DNA of 64,000 bases from Candidatus Bathyarchaeota archaeon (GTDB lineage Archaea; Thermoproteota; Bathyarchaeia; Bathyarchaeales; Bathycorpusculaceae), in contig CAWFFH010000008.1 of assembly GCA_963815095.1 (NCBI GenBank), forward strand, positions 1 to 64,000, in the 5' to 3' direction. Made by a program: the position numbers and the translations under genes. Each line of letters starts with the position of its first letter. Position 1 is the stretch's first letter. Under the pieces are notes generated by a model. The model was not told the DNA's origin. It saw only the letters and a program-made list of their open reading frames with translations, and searched no databases. Shown piece after piece: positions 19,700-29,418 of the stretch.

Positions 19700-20482
19700 A
19701 TGGAACAAACTAGCAAGCCAGCACTTTCAAACACACTCTCAAAAAAGAGAACTATAGGCATTATCGGGATATTGGTGGCAATATTATTTCTTGCATTTCT
19801 TCTCAGTCTTAGTTGGAATGGTTTGTTCTCATCAAATAATCCAATTAATAACAATCCAACACCCGCTTCTACACCCTTTGATTATAACTTAAGCGTCCCG
19901 AAAATGGACACTACAGTCATGCAAGGTAATACAGTACCGATTGATATCCTCATAACCTATATTCAAGGCTCACCTGAAAACGTATTGTTGAATGCAACAG
20001 GCATTCCCAAACAAGCAACCTATAGCTTTACTCAGGTCGAAGGTGTACCAACAAACAGTAGTTCCTTTAACAGTACCTTGACAATATTTGTTACAGAATT
20101 GGTTCCTTCTGACCAATATAAAATAACAATAACTTCAACAGCAAACAATGGAAAGACCTACTCCTCACATTATGATTTATCGGTTATAGACTCTAAGATT
20201 TCAGTTTCGGGTAGAGTCACCACAAATGAAGGAATTCCGAATCAAATAATTTTTGAACAAATGTCATCATATGGTTCGCTGACTGGCAAAGTATATAGTT
20301 CACCTATCGTTTCAGGCAATTATGCAGTTGTTCTTCCAAGCGAAGAGTATTTTGCAGTAAGCGTCAATTGGGAAAAAACTGATGGGACATCTGGAACGCA
20401 CCATTTTATTTTTCCATATGGCACACTTGCTGGAGTTGGTGTAAATTCAATAACCTGTCCTTTCGAATGGGAAATTGCTTGA
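19700..20482 (+). CDS. Membrane-anchored extracellular beta-rich (Ig-like) protein
   Basis: Single N-terminal TM, N/P/T linker, S/T-rich beta-strand pattern. Confidence 0.65.
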   Translation: MEQTSKPALSNTLSKKRTIGIIGILVAILFLAFLLSLSWNGLFSSNNPINNNPTPASTPFDYNLSVPKMDTTVMQGNTVPIDILITYIQGSPENVLLNATGIPKQATYSFTQVEGVPTNSSSFNSTLTIFVTELVPSDQYKITITSTANNGKTYSSHYDLSVIDSKISVSGRVTTNEGIPNQIIFEQMSSYGSLTGKVYSSPIVSGNYAVVLPSEEYFAVSVNWEKTDGTSGTHHFIFPYGTLAGVGVNSITCPFEWEIA

Positions 20483-20657
20483 TTAAAATAAGACCCAAGT
20501 TTTCTCAACCTAAAAATAACTACAGGGCTGATACACTCAGCCAAGCGGAAAGGTCTCAGCTTAGTCTCCAATTTTGAAAGACCACTGCGTTTTCTTTTTG
20601 TGCTGTCGTGTTTGCGACAATAAGCCATTAGTGCAGTTTACAAACAACGAATGGAGC

Positions 20658-20876
20658 ATGTCAGTTGGAGGTAGTCGGCATCCTGATTTCGAGAAGATTC
20701 ATGCAGCATTTTTGCAGCATTACAGCAAAGACACTGCTTTTGGTGAAGCTCGCTACGCTGAATAGGTGAAGCTTTCAGGTTTGGATGAAACCCAAAGTTA
20801 CTATGCCCAAGGCGCCACAAGAGCTGTGAAGTCTAAGCAGAGTTTTGAATGGGCTAAGTGTGGGAATTTTATTTGA
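20658..20876 (+). pseudogene. Gene remnant with in-frame TAG
   Basis: MSVGGSRHPDFEKIHAAFLQHY..RYAE*VKLSGLDETQSYY..SFEWAK; frame continues past TAG20763 to TGA20874. Confidence 0.4.
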
Positions 20877-20933
20877 TGGTTAATGTTTACCAAATTGGAT
20901 CTCATTGATGTCCTTCGAGCTGAAAGTTTTCGG

Positions 20934-21515
20934 TTAGGCTTTTGCAAGTTTGTAGCCCATCTTGTTTCCCATTCCATAATTGTAGGCTAAGTTAATTATT
21001 AAATTTCCCATGGCCTCTAAGTTGCGTGCTGCTTTTAGGGGTCCACAATCCACTGGGTCAAAACCGATGTCTTTGGTTAATTTAGCTACGGTTTGTTTAG
21101 CTTTCAAATTGTCTCCAGCTATGAAAGCTGTTAATTGTTCATTGCCAACTTTTGCGGTGCTTTGGTTTGTGGCAAATACGGTGTTGAATGCTTTAACTAC
21201 ATGAGCTTTGGGAAGTTTTTTCTGGGTCTCTTCTGCGGTGGAAGTTGTGCAGCTGATTCCTAAGTCCATTTTTGGTCCAATGGCGTTCATTACGTCGATT
21301 ACGATTTTTTCGTCAGCATATGGTTTTATTTTTTCTATTGCGTCGTTTGCGTTCTCGTGGGGCACTGCGAGGATAATTACTTCTCCCCATTTTGCGGCGT
21401 CAGCCACTGGTTCTGATGGGTCGCGGTGACCAAACTTTGTTTCATGCCCTGCTTTGCTTAAGCCTTTGTTGAGTGCGGTGCCGACGTTGCCTTTTCCAAT
21501 AATAGCTACTTTCAT
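20934..21515 (-). CDS. NADPH-dependent F420 reductase-like (F420_oxidored family) oxidoreductase
   Basis: MKVAIIGKGNVG, VIILAVP, VVKAFNT, IGFDPVDCGPL. Confidence 0.82.
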   Translation of the reverse strand: MKVAIIGKGNVGTALNKGLSKAGHETKFGHRDPSEPVADAAKWGEVIILAVPHENANDAIEKIKPYADEKIVIDVMNAIGPKMDLGISCTTSTAEETQKKLPKAHVVKAFNTVFATNQSTAKVGNEQLTAFIAGDNLKAKQTVAKLTKDIGFDPVDCGPLKAARNLEAMGNLIINLAYNYGMGNKMGYKLAKA

Positions 21516-22072
21516 GTTTTTAACCTCAAAATAGTAGTGTTTTGTCGGTGTTTTTAGAAGTTGTGACTGTACGATGCCTACAATAAGTCATTCTATAGGA
21601 AACCCAGGGGTTTATAGGCTGAAGTTCCTTTGCTCAAGCCTCTTTAATGTGTTCTCCAAAAAAAGCCAAAATAAATTACACAAGTAGTTAACGATAAAAG
21701 ATAAAAAAATTAAACAATTATAATCTAAATCTAAAATTCCGAAGAAAATCTAAACGTTGTACCACACGTATCACAGGTGAAACGGGCAACACAAAACGCA
21801 GAATTCTCTAACTTTCTGTCGGGTTTAATTAGTTCTTTTCCGCATTTTGGACAATGTACCTTGTGGAATGATATCACTAAATCAACTTGCTAAATAAAGT
21901 GAAAATACTATATGAAATCTTGTTGTCACATAAAGAAACAACAACCATCTGCATCAATTGTTGCAGCAAATCATTTCTCAAGAACTCAAAAAAAGAGCAT
22001 TAAAAACGGTTTAAATGAAGCCTAAGAAAAAATAAAAATTTGTCTGTTACTATTTTAGAACTTGGGATTAAT

Positions 22073-22106
22073 AGTAGTAGTCCCTAAGATTCAATAGACT
22101 ACTACT
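22073..22106 (-). terminator. 10-bp perfect inverted repeat downstream of the M16 peptidase gene
   Basis: agtagtagtc-N14-gactactact, about 45 nt past the stop; function inferred. Confidence 0.35.
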
Positions 22107-22150
22107 TCTAACACTTTTCGAAATAATTCCTCATTTTTTGTGAACTTAAG

Positions 22151-23395
22151 TTATTTTGGTTTTAAAACAACAGTTGATAAGCAATCTTCTTTGAGGTACA
22201 AATTTGCAACCTCAAGTATATCTCCGCTTGAAACAGCCTTGATCTTAACAAGATGATCAACCAACCCTTTTTCACTCTTAAACTGCATTTCCATATAAGC
22301 AAGAATCTCTGAACAGTCTTGCGGATCATCCATTCCCCTAAGACTAGCACCCATAATCAGATTCTTAGTCCGATTAAGTTCATCCACTTGAACCTTTTCT
22401 GTCCTTAGTTTAGTTAATTCTTTTAGAATCACTCGGTGAGCCTTTTCAAAATTTTTGTCCTTCACAGCACAGTTAATTCTAAAACAACCGAAATCCACAC
22501 CTTTGTTGTGACTAGAGTCAACATCGTAAGTTAAAGCGTGCTTTTCCCGCATTTCCACAAATAACCGGGAACTAGTACCTCCACTAAGTAGAGCACTCAT
22601 CAAATCTAACACGGGCGCATCAGGGTGACTTGAATTAACCGTTCGCGCACCTACGCTAAGATATGTTTGAACTATTCCAGCCTTTTTTTCTACAACAAGA
22701 GGCTTAGGCTTAACGGTTTCAACTGGAAACACCATCTTTGAAGATACTTTCTCAAAGGCTCTATCAGTGAAGTTTTTCAGAACAGCCTCCGCTGTTTCTT
22801 CTGAGAAATTACCTGTCAAAATCAGTACCATATTTTGGGGAATATAATTCATTTTATGGGCATTACACAGTTGGTCTAAAGTTAATTGTTTAACGTTTTT
22901 CGGAAGGCTTCCCACTGGGCGATTTACAGGATGGTTCTTGAATAAGCTCTTCATGAGTAACTCCTCAATTCTTTCAGTCGGATCATCAAGGGCTTCGGCT
23001 AGCTCGTTAAGAATTATTTTGCGTTCTTGCAGGAATTTTTCTTCTTCAAAATCCGAGTTAAAGAGCAATTCCGAAATAATCGCGGAAGCTTCATGCAACT
23101 CGCCTGGTAAGATGTCCATCATACTCATTGTGTGCTCATGGTCCGTATAGAAATCCATGATTCCCCCAGAATTTTCGACGCTTCGGGACAGCTGAATTCG
23201 TTTATTTGAGCCTCCTGCCAGCATATGCTCTAGAAAATGGGCGGATCCAACGATTTCTGGAGGTTCTTGATTTGATCCATATTCAACGGCAACTGATAGT
23301 TGCGTTGTATTTGCGGATTCACGGGGAAACTGTAGCACCGTTAAACCGTTTGGGAAGATTTTTCGGCGCCAAAACATGGCATTTGTCATATTCAA
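22151..23395 (-). CDS. M16 (pitrilysin) family zinc peptidase
   Basis: GSAHFLEHML (HxxEH), ERKIILNE, SSRLFVEMREK..LTY. Confidence 0.9.
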   Translation of the reverse strand: MNMTNAMFWRRKIFPNGLTVLQFPRESANTTQLSVAVEYGSNQEPPEIVGSAHFLEHMLAGGSNKRIQLSRSVENSGGIMDFYTDHEHTMSMMDILPGELHEASAIISELLFNSDFEEEKFLQERKIILNELAEALDDPTERIEELLMKSLFKNHPVNRPVGSLPKNVKQLTLDQLCNAHKMNYIPQNMVLILTGNFSEETAEAVLKNFTDRAFEKVSSKMVFPVETVKPKPLVVEKKAGIVQTYLSVGARTVNSSHPDAPVLDLMSALLSGGTSSRLFVEMREKHALTYDVDSSHNKGVDFGCFRINCAVKDKNFEKAHRVILKELTKLRTEKVQVDELNRTKNLIMGASLRGMDDPQDCSEILAYMEMQFKSEKGLVDHLVKIKAVSSGDILEVANLYLKEDCLSTVVLKPK

Positions 23396-23485
23396 AACAA
23401 GTATGCGCTTCTAAAAAAGATTGACAAATCTGCTGCCACTTAGTCTAAGATTTACCATCTGACTTTTCATTGCTACTTTAGTGTT

Positions 23486-23843
23486 CTATTCTATTTGTTT
23501 TTGCTCACTTTCTAAATGGAAATTGTGAAGGAACCTATGGACAATTGGAGCGGCAAAAACGCCGATTGCTACCAACTCGATTGTTCCGCAGTAAAGTGCA
23601 TATATTCCAGCGAATACTTTTCCCGCATCCGTATGGAGAACATTTACAGGACCCATGCCGCCCATCAGCATAGCGGCGTTCAGAAATGAGTCAACCCATG
23701 AGTAGCTTTCAAACGCATGGTAACCAGCCATGCCAATTAATAATGAAACAATAATTAGGCTTGAGGGATATGAGTGCGTACTTAGCTAAGCGCTTGAGGA
23801 AAAGGCTTCTTGGTAGAAGTTTTTCTTCGTGATGCTCAAACAT
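23486..23843 (-). CDS. Small two-TM ion-channel-like membrane protein, one frameshift
   Basis: ATG23843 MFEHHEEKLLPRSLFLKRLAKYALIS, shift near 23760, then LIIVSLLIGMAGYHAFESYSWVDSFLNAAMLMGGMGPV. Confidence 0.65.
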
Positions 23844-23981
23844 TCCTGTTCATCGCTTTCTAAACCTTTAGTTCCTAAGCCTACGTTTGCCTTTATACCT
23901 TTTTACCAACTTCATCAAAAACCACTTTTTTCAAAACAAACCTTTTAATCGCCAATCTGCACTTTACAAGACTCGATTAAC

Positions 23982-24248
23982 ATGGCCAGAGTAAAATGTA
24001 AAAAATGCGGCAACGTCTTTGAGCAAGGACTAGGCGGAGCAGCTTTGGCACCCCATATAGGTCCTCTACATTACGTTAAATGCCCCGCGTGTGGAAAAAG
24101 AAGCTGGCTTAACATTTACTCTTCTGTAAAAGACCCCCTAACTTGGCCTCCAGAAGAAGCAAAACAGCAACAGGTAGTCCCGTCAGAGTTGACTGAGGAA
24201 GAACTGGAAAAAAAACGCATCGAAGAATCCAAATACGAAAAAGCCTAA
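23982..24248 (+). CDS. Small Zn-ribbon protein
   Basis: CKKC and CPAC pairs; charged C-terminus. Confidence 0.65.
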   Translation: MARVKCKKCGNVFEQGLGGAALAPHIGPLHYVKCPACGKRSWLNIYSSVKDPLTWPPEEAKQQQVVPSELTEEELEKKRIEESKYEKA

Positions 24249-24276
24249 ATAATAAAAACCTCGGGTAGTCTGCGGC

Positions 24277-25207
24277 ATGATTGATACCAACAACCTCACC
24301 CGAAAATTCGGCAACCTAATAGCCGTAGACAACGTCACCTTGCACGTTGAAGAGGGCGAAGTTTTCGGTTTCTTAGGTCCCAACGGAGCAGGCAAAACCA
24401 CAACTGTGCGCATGCTTTGTTGCTTAATAGGCAAAACCAGTGGCGAAGCCAAAATAGGCGATTACTCAATAGACAACGAAAATGATTGCCTTAAAATCAG
24501 AAAAATGGTGGGTTTTCTGCCGGAAAACGTAGGGTTATACGACAGCCTAAGTGCTTATAGGAACCTAGATTTTTATGGGCAACTCTACGAGGTTCCCGAA
24601 AACAAACGCAGAGATAAACATAGAACGCCTACTAACCTTGCTGGGTATTTGGGAACGAAGGGAAGACGCGGTTGGAACATTCAGCAAGGGTACCAAACAG
24701 AAAATCGCAATTGCACGCGCCTTAATTCATGACCCGCAAGTTCTATTCTTGGATGAACCAACAGCGAACCTTGACCCTGAAGCCTCAAAAACCGTGCGAG
24801 ACTTCATTTTAGAACTTAAAAAAGAAAAACGAACAATTTTTATCAACACTCATAATTTGGATGAGGCAGAACGGCTCTGCGACCGAATTGCCATCTTAAA
24901 AACAAAGCTTGTTGCTGTTGACTCGCCTAAAAACTTGGAACGCAGTTTGTACAATCGCAAAACTATAGTTCATTTGGTCAGCGTTAACAGTTCTATAGTG
25001 ACTGCTGTACAAAGGCTGAACTCGGTTAGAAACTTGCGCACAAGCGACAACAAATTAATTCTTGATATTGATAATCCTGAAAAAGACAACCCTGACGTTG
25101 TGAGGGCAATTGTGGAGGCAGGTGGGAACATCCAGTACGTTACTGAGTTGAGAACATCCCTTGAGGATGTCTATTTGAAACTTATCCGGGAGGCTTCCGC
25201 TCAATGA
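24277..25207 (+). CDS. ABC-2 type exporter ATPase, split by one frameshift near 24615
   Basis: GPNGAGKTT in the first frame; FSKGTKQK and LFLDEPT in the second. Confidence 0.85.
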
Positions 25208-25965
25208 GGCTTTGGAAATCATGGATTGTAACCAGAAAAGACCTTAGTGTTTTCCGCAAAAACAAGTACGTCCTTTACTCTTTAATCGCGATGCCCATAA
25301 TTCTAGGCGTCGTGCTACCTACAATTTTCATATTTGCTCTAAACTCCCAAATTGGTGCCGGAACCCTCACACATGACCAAGTCTTAGCCGCCGTAAACCA
25401 AATCGTAGGTATCGCCACAATGTACTTTGTCCTCATCCCGGCTATTCTTCCATCGATAATAGCTTCCTATAGTTTTGTTGGCGAAAAAATCGAGAAAAGC
25501 CTCGAGCCACTGCTGGCAACTCCAACCACAGACGGCGAATTGCTGCTTGGCAAAAGCCTAGCCTCCTTCATCCCCTGCATGGTCGTGACTTACGTTGGAG
25601 CCGCCATATCTGCCGGAATCATCGATTTCTGGTCCTACACTACCCCTCAAGTACACACGTTCCTAATCCCTAACCCGTACTGGCTCTTGGTAATCGGTGC
25701 AATCGCGCCCTTAGCCTGCATAATGAGCGTCGAAGCCAACATAATCGTGTCGTCCAAGGTTAACGATATTCGGGCCGCTCAGCAGCTGGGCGGATTGGTT
25801 GTGCTGCCGCTTGTGTTCGTGGTGATTTTTGCTTCAACAAGCGCTCAACTCTCAACTTGGTTGGCTCTTGCGGTTGTAGCGGCGCTGGCGGTCGCAGACG
25901 TAGCCTTGTTCTTCCTGAGCAAAGCAACGTTCCAAAGAGAAGAAATCCTGACAAAATGGAAGTAA
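25204..25965 (+). CDS. ABC-2 type exporter permease
   Basis: SFVGEKIEKSLEPLLATP..ELLLGK; six TM helices. Confidence 0.85.
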   Translation: MRLWKSWIVTRKDLSVFRKNKYVLYSLIAMPIILGVVLPTIFIFALNSQIGAGTLTHDQVLAAVNQIVGIATMYFVLIPAILPSIIASYSFVGEKIEKSLEPLLATPTTDGELLLGKSLASFIPCMVVTYVGAAISAGIIDFWSYTTPQVHTFLIPNPYWLLVIGAIAPLACIMSVEANIIVSSKVNDIRAAQQLGGLVVLPLVFVVIFASTSAQLSTWLALAVVAALAVADVALFFLSKATFQREEILTKWK

Positions 25966-26055
25966 CCTCCTGTTTTCTGAGGGTTTAAATCATTAATTTT
26001 TAGAAACGCCTTTAAGAGCAGTATATTCTATTGTACGGTTTAAGGCGGTGAGCTA

Positions 26056-29000
26056 ATGGCTAAAGCAGAGCAGAATAGAGGTGACCTAAACGATTCCTCA
26101 GTTGCCTTGACGCTGCCGCTATTGACTTCAGAAGACATGGTGAGTCTTCCAACTGAAGAACTCATGGTTCGCTTGAAGAGTTCACCGCAGGGACTCAGCA
26201 CTGAGCAAGTTGCTGAAAGCCTAGAGTTTTACGGCAGAAATGAACTTGCACGTGAACACCGGCACAGTGCCCTCAAAGAATTCCTTCAGCATTTCAAAAG
26301 CCCATTGGTAATCATACTTTTGATAGCGGCGATTATTTCGGGTTTTTTCGGGGAAATAGCCAACACCGCCATAATCTTAAGTATAATCTTCATCAGCGTT
26401 ATACTGGATTATTATCAGGAGAGCAAAGCTGAGAAAGCTGCTCAACTGCTCAAACAAAAAGTCACCTCGACAGCTACGGTACTCAGGGACAATGTTAAAC
26501 AGGAAATAAAGTTCCCTGAAATAGTTCCTGGAGACATGATCTATCTTTCAGCCGGCGACATTACACCCGCCGATGCACGAGTCATAAACGCCAAAGATTT
26601 GTTTATCAACCAGTCTTCTTTAACAGGCGAATCTTTTCCAGTGGAGAAAACCGCGGGCGCCGTGAAGGGCAAAGAAGGCTCGATTACTGAATGGAGCAAC
26701 TTCTGTTTCATGGGCACCTCAGTAGTAAGCGGAACCGCAACCGCAATGGTTGTTAAAACTGGAAGCGCGACAGAATACGGTAAAATCGCCAAGAGACTCA
26801 TCGAGAAAGCCCCTGAAACTGAGTTTGAACGCGGCATCAGAAGCTTCGGTTTTCTTATCATGCAGGTAACCTTCCTTTTGGTTATCTTTGTCTTCTTAAC
26901 GATTTCCCTGCGAAACCCCACCACAAACGGTGTTGTAACTGCCTTGCTCTTTGCCGTTGCGTTAGCTGTAGGGTTAACCCCTGAGCTTTTGCCCATGATT
27001 ATCACCATCAACCTCTCAAGAGGTGCAATGGCTATGTCCAAGAAAGGCGTTATCGTAAAGCGGTTGTCGGCGATAGAGAATTTTGGCAGTATGAATGTGT
27101 TATGCACCGACAAAACAGGAACTTTAACCGAGAACCGAATTAAACTAATCTTAAACGTAGACATCGAGGGAACAGAAGACGAAAAAGTATTCCTATACTC
27201 ATTCCTCAACAGCAACTTCCAAACAGGGTTAAAAAGCCCGCTTGACGAAGCCATTCTGAAACACAAGGAAATCGACACCACAAAATTCCTGAAAATAGAT
27301 GAGGTTCCTTTCGATTTTATTCGAAGACGCGTTTCAGTAGTGGTAGAACGTGAAGGACTCAGGTTCTTCATAGCTAAAGGCGCACCAGAAGAAATCCTCA
27401 AAGTCTGCTCTTACTACGAGCTGCGAAGAGGAGTAGCAGACCTCACAGACGAGACGCGAACAAAAATTGAACAAAAATACCATGATTACAGCGCAGAAGG
27501 CTTAAGAGTTTTAGGAATTGCCTACAAACGCATCAAAGAAGACAAAGCCGTCTACTCCACAAACGACGAAAACGACATGGTGTTCTTGGGTTTTGTAGCT
27601 TTCCTTGACCCACCCAAAGAAACAGCCAAACAATCAATTCAAATGTTAACCAAAGCAGGCATCGAACTTAAAGTTCTCACAGGCGACAACGAGCTGGTCA
27701 CGCGGAAAGTCTGTGAGGAACTAAGTTTTGAAGTGAAGGGTGTCACGCTTGGAAATGACATAGCCAACATGTCGGATGAAGCGTTGACAGCAGTGGTTGA
27801 AGAAACAAACGTTTTCTGCCGAGTTAACCCCATTCAAAAAGACCGCATAATCGCCCTGCTAAAACGCAACGGTCACGTGGTCGGCTACATGGGCGACGGC
27901 ATCAACGACGCGCCATCTCTGAAAACAAGCGACGTCGGAATCTCAGTTGACAATGCGGTAGATGTGGCAAGAGAATCCGCCGACATCATCCTCTCCAAAA
28001 ACGATTTGACGGTTTTGGCGGAAGGAGTCTTTGAAGGACGCAAAACCTTCGGCAACACCATGAAATACATCATGCTTGGAGTCAGCTCCAACTTTGGAAA
28101 CATGTTCAGCGTTGCAGGCGCTGCAATATTCCTGACTTTTCTACCAATGGCTCCTGTTCAGATTCTCTTAAACAACCTGCTCTACGACGTTTCCCAATCA
28201 ACAATCACAACAGACCACGTTGATGACGAATACGTCGAGCGGCCCAAGCGATGGGATATTGGTTACATCCGCCAGTTCATGCTGTATATGGGTCCAGTTA
28301 GTTCTCTTTTTGACTTCTTAACCTTCTTCATCATGCTGCTGGTCTTCAGTATTCCATTGGTCGGCTACACATCCCATGACGTTTCCCTATTCCAGACGGC
28401 GTGGTTTATCGAATCTCTCTGCTCCCAAATCATAGTGGTGTTCATAATTAGAACGCGGCGAAAACCATTCTGGAAGAGCAAACCCAGCAAATACCTGGTA
28501 ATCAGCGCTATAATAATTCTTGCTTTTGCATTAATCTTGCCTTTCACGCCGCTTGGCGAAGTATTTGGGTTTGTTACACCTCCTCCCCTATTCTTCCTAA
28601 TCTTGCTGCTTCTGCTCGGTGCATACATAATGCTTGCTGAAATCATAAAGAACTGGTTCTACAAAAGACATGCATACCGCATCGAGCAAACCTTGGTGCC
28701 GAAAAGAGCGTTATACGTTACGAGAACAGCTAAATTGATGCAGGACATGATTGCAGCCATTAGTCTTCGAGTCGAGGATGAATTCTCAATCGAATCGTTG
28801 AACGAGGACTTAAACAGTGCAATAACTTATCCTATTAACTCAAACCAGATGGCGCGCAACCTACAGTATCTCATGCGCTCAAGACTAATCAGCGTCGACT
28901 GGAACAAACGAACGATAAAACGTGAAAAATCACTGGGCGACTACGTCAAGAAAAGCATCATTGGTGGTCCGATCTGGCCAAAAATAAGTGATGAATGGCG

Positions 29001-29076
29001 CAAAATAGACGCAGCCATACTCAACAAACGAGGAAAAGTTAACCCAGAATACCAACAACTACTAGCACAACAATAA
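26056..29076 (+). CDS. mgtA: Mg2+-transporting P-type ATPase with C-terminal extension
   Basis: TGES, VGLTPELLPMI, DKTGTLT, MGDGINDAP, SSNFGNMFS, QILLNNLLYD, FQTAWFIES. Confidence 0.9.
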   Translation: MAKAEQNRGDLNDSSVALTLPLLTSEDMVSLPTEELMVRLKSSPQGLSTEQVAESLEFYGRNELAREHRHSALKEFLQHFKSPLVIILLIAAIISGFFGEIANTAIILSIIFISVILDYYQESKAEKAAQLLKQKVTSTATVLRDNVKQEIKFPEIVPGDMIYLSAGDITPADARVINAKDLFINQSSLTGESFPVEKTAGAVKGKEGSITEWSNFCFMGTSVVSGTATAMVVKTGSATEYGKIAKRLIEKAPETEFERGIRSFGFLIMQVTFLLVIFVFLTISLRNPTTNGVVTALLFAVALAVGLTPELLPMIITINLSRGAMAMSKKGVIVKRLSAIENFGSMNVLCTDKTGTLTENRIKLILNVDIEGTEDEKVFLYSFLNSNFQTGLKSPLDEAILKHKEIDTTKFLKIDEVPFDFIRRRVSVVVEREGLRFFIAKGAPEEILKVCSYYELRRGVADLTDETRTKIEQKYHDYSAEGLRVLGIAYKRIKEDKAVYSTNDENDMVFLGFVAFLDPPKETAKQSIQMLTKAGIELKVLTGDNELVTRKVCEELSFEVKGVTLGNDIANMSDEALTAVVEETNVFCRVNPIQKDRIIALLKRNGHVVGYMGDGINDAPSLKTSDVGISVDNAVDVARESADIILSKNDLTVLAEGVFEGRKTFGNTMKYIMLGVSSNFGNMFSVAGAAIFLTFLPMAPVQILLNNLLYDVSQSTITTDHVDDEYVERPKRWDIGYIRQFMLYMGPVSSLFDFLTFFIMLLVFSIPLVGYTSHDVSLFQTAWFIESLCSQIIVVFIIRTRRKPFWKSKPSKYLVISAIIILAFALILPFTPLGEVFGFVTPPPLFFLILLLLLGAYIMLAEIIKNWFYKRHAYRIEQTLVPKRALYVTRTAKLMQDMIAAISLRVEDEFSIESLNEDLNSAITYPINSNQMARNLQYLMRSRLISVDWNKRTIKREKSLGDYVKKSIIGGPIWPKISDEWRKIDAAILNKRGKVNPEYQQLLAQQ

Positions 29077-29085
29077 AAAAGGGCG

Positions 29086-29418
29086 TTATGGGTTAGAAGT
29101 AAGCTCTTTTAGTTGTTTTTTGGTTAACCCTTCGCCTGGTGTGGCATCGAGTCTCTTCTCAACTGCTCCCTTCCTGAAAAGCAACACTGTCGGGTAGTAG
29201 TCAATTTCGTATTTTTCGCATAAGTCCGGTCGGTCATCTATCACGACGCGCACGCACTCCTGGGGGTTGCTTTTAGCGTATTCTTCAAAAATCGGCAAGA
29301 ATCGCTGCGAATATGGACACCATGAAGCATAGAAGAGGACAAACGCTTTCTCCTTAGATTTTAACAAATCATCAACTTCATTTACAGGTTTTGCCTTAGG
29401 TTTTTCTCTTTTACTCAT
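29086..29418 (-). CDS. Thioredoxin-fold protein with CxxS site
   Basis: FYASWCPYS, YYPTVLLF. Confidence 0.8.
   Translation of the reverse strand: MSKREKPKAKPVNEVDDLLKSKEKAFVLFYASWCPYSQRFLPIFEEYAKSNPQECVRVVIDDRPDLCEKYEIDYYPTVLLFRKGAVEKRLDATPGEGLTKKQLKELTSNP

Noticed and set aside
20763-20765. In-frame TAG as a pyrrolysine codon
   Set aside because: No pyl genes or methylamine methyltransferase context; the frame ends soon after; nonsense mutation is simpler
24575-24732. Programmed frameshift in the ABC ATPase
   Set aside because: No slippery heptamer or stimulatory structure seen; removing one base restores RENIERLL
26541-27401. 286-aa antisense ORF inside mgtA
   Set aside because: Shadow ORF of a conserved gene, no motifs
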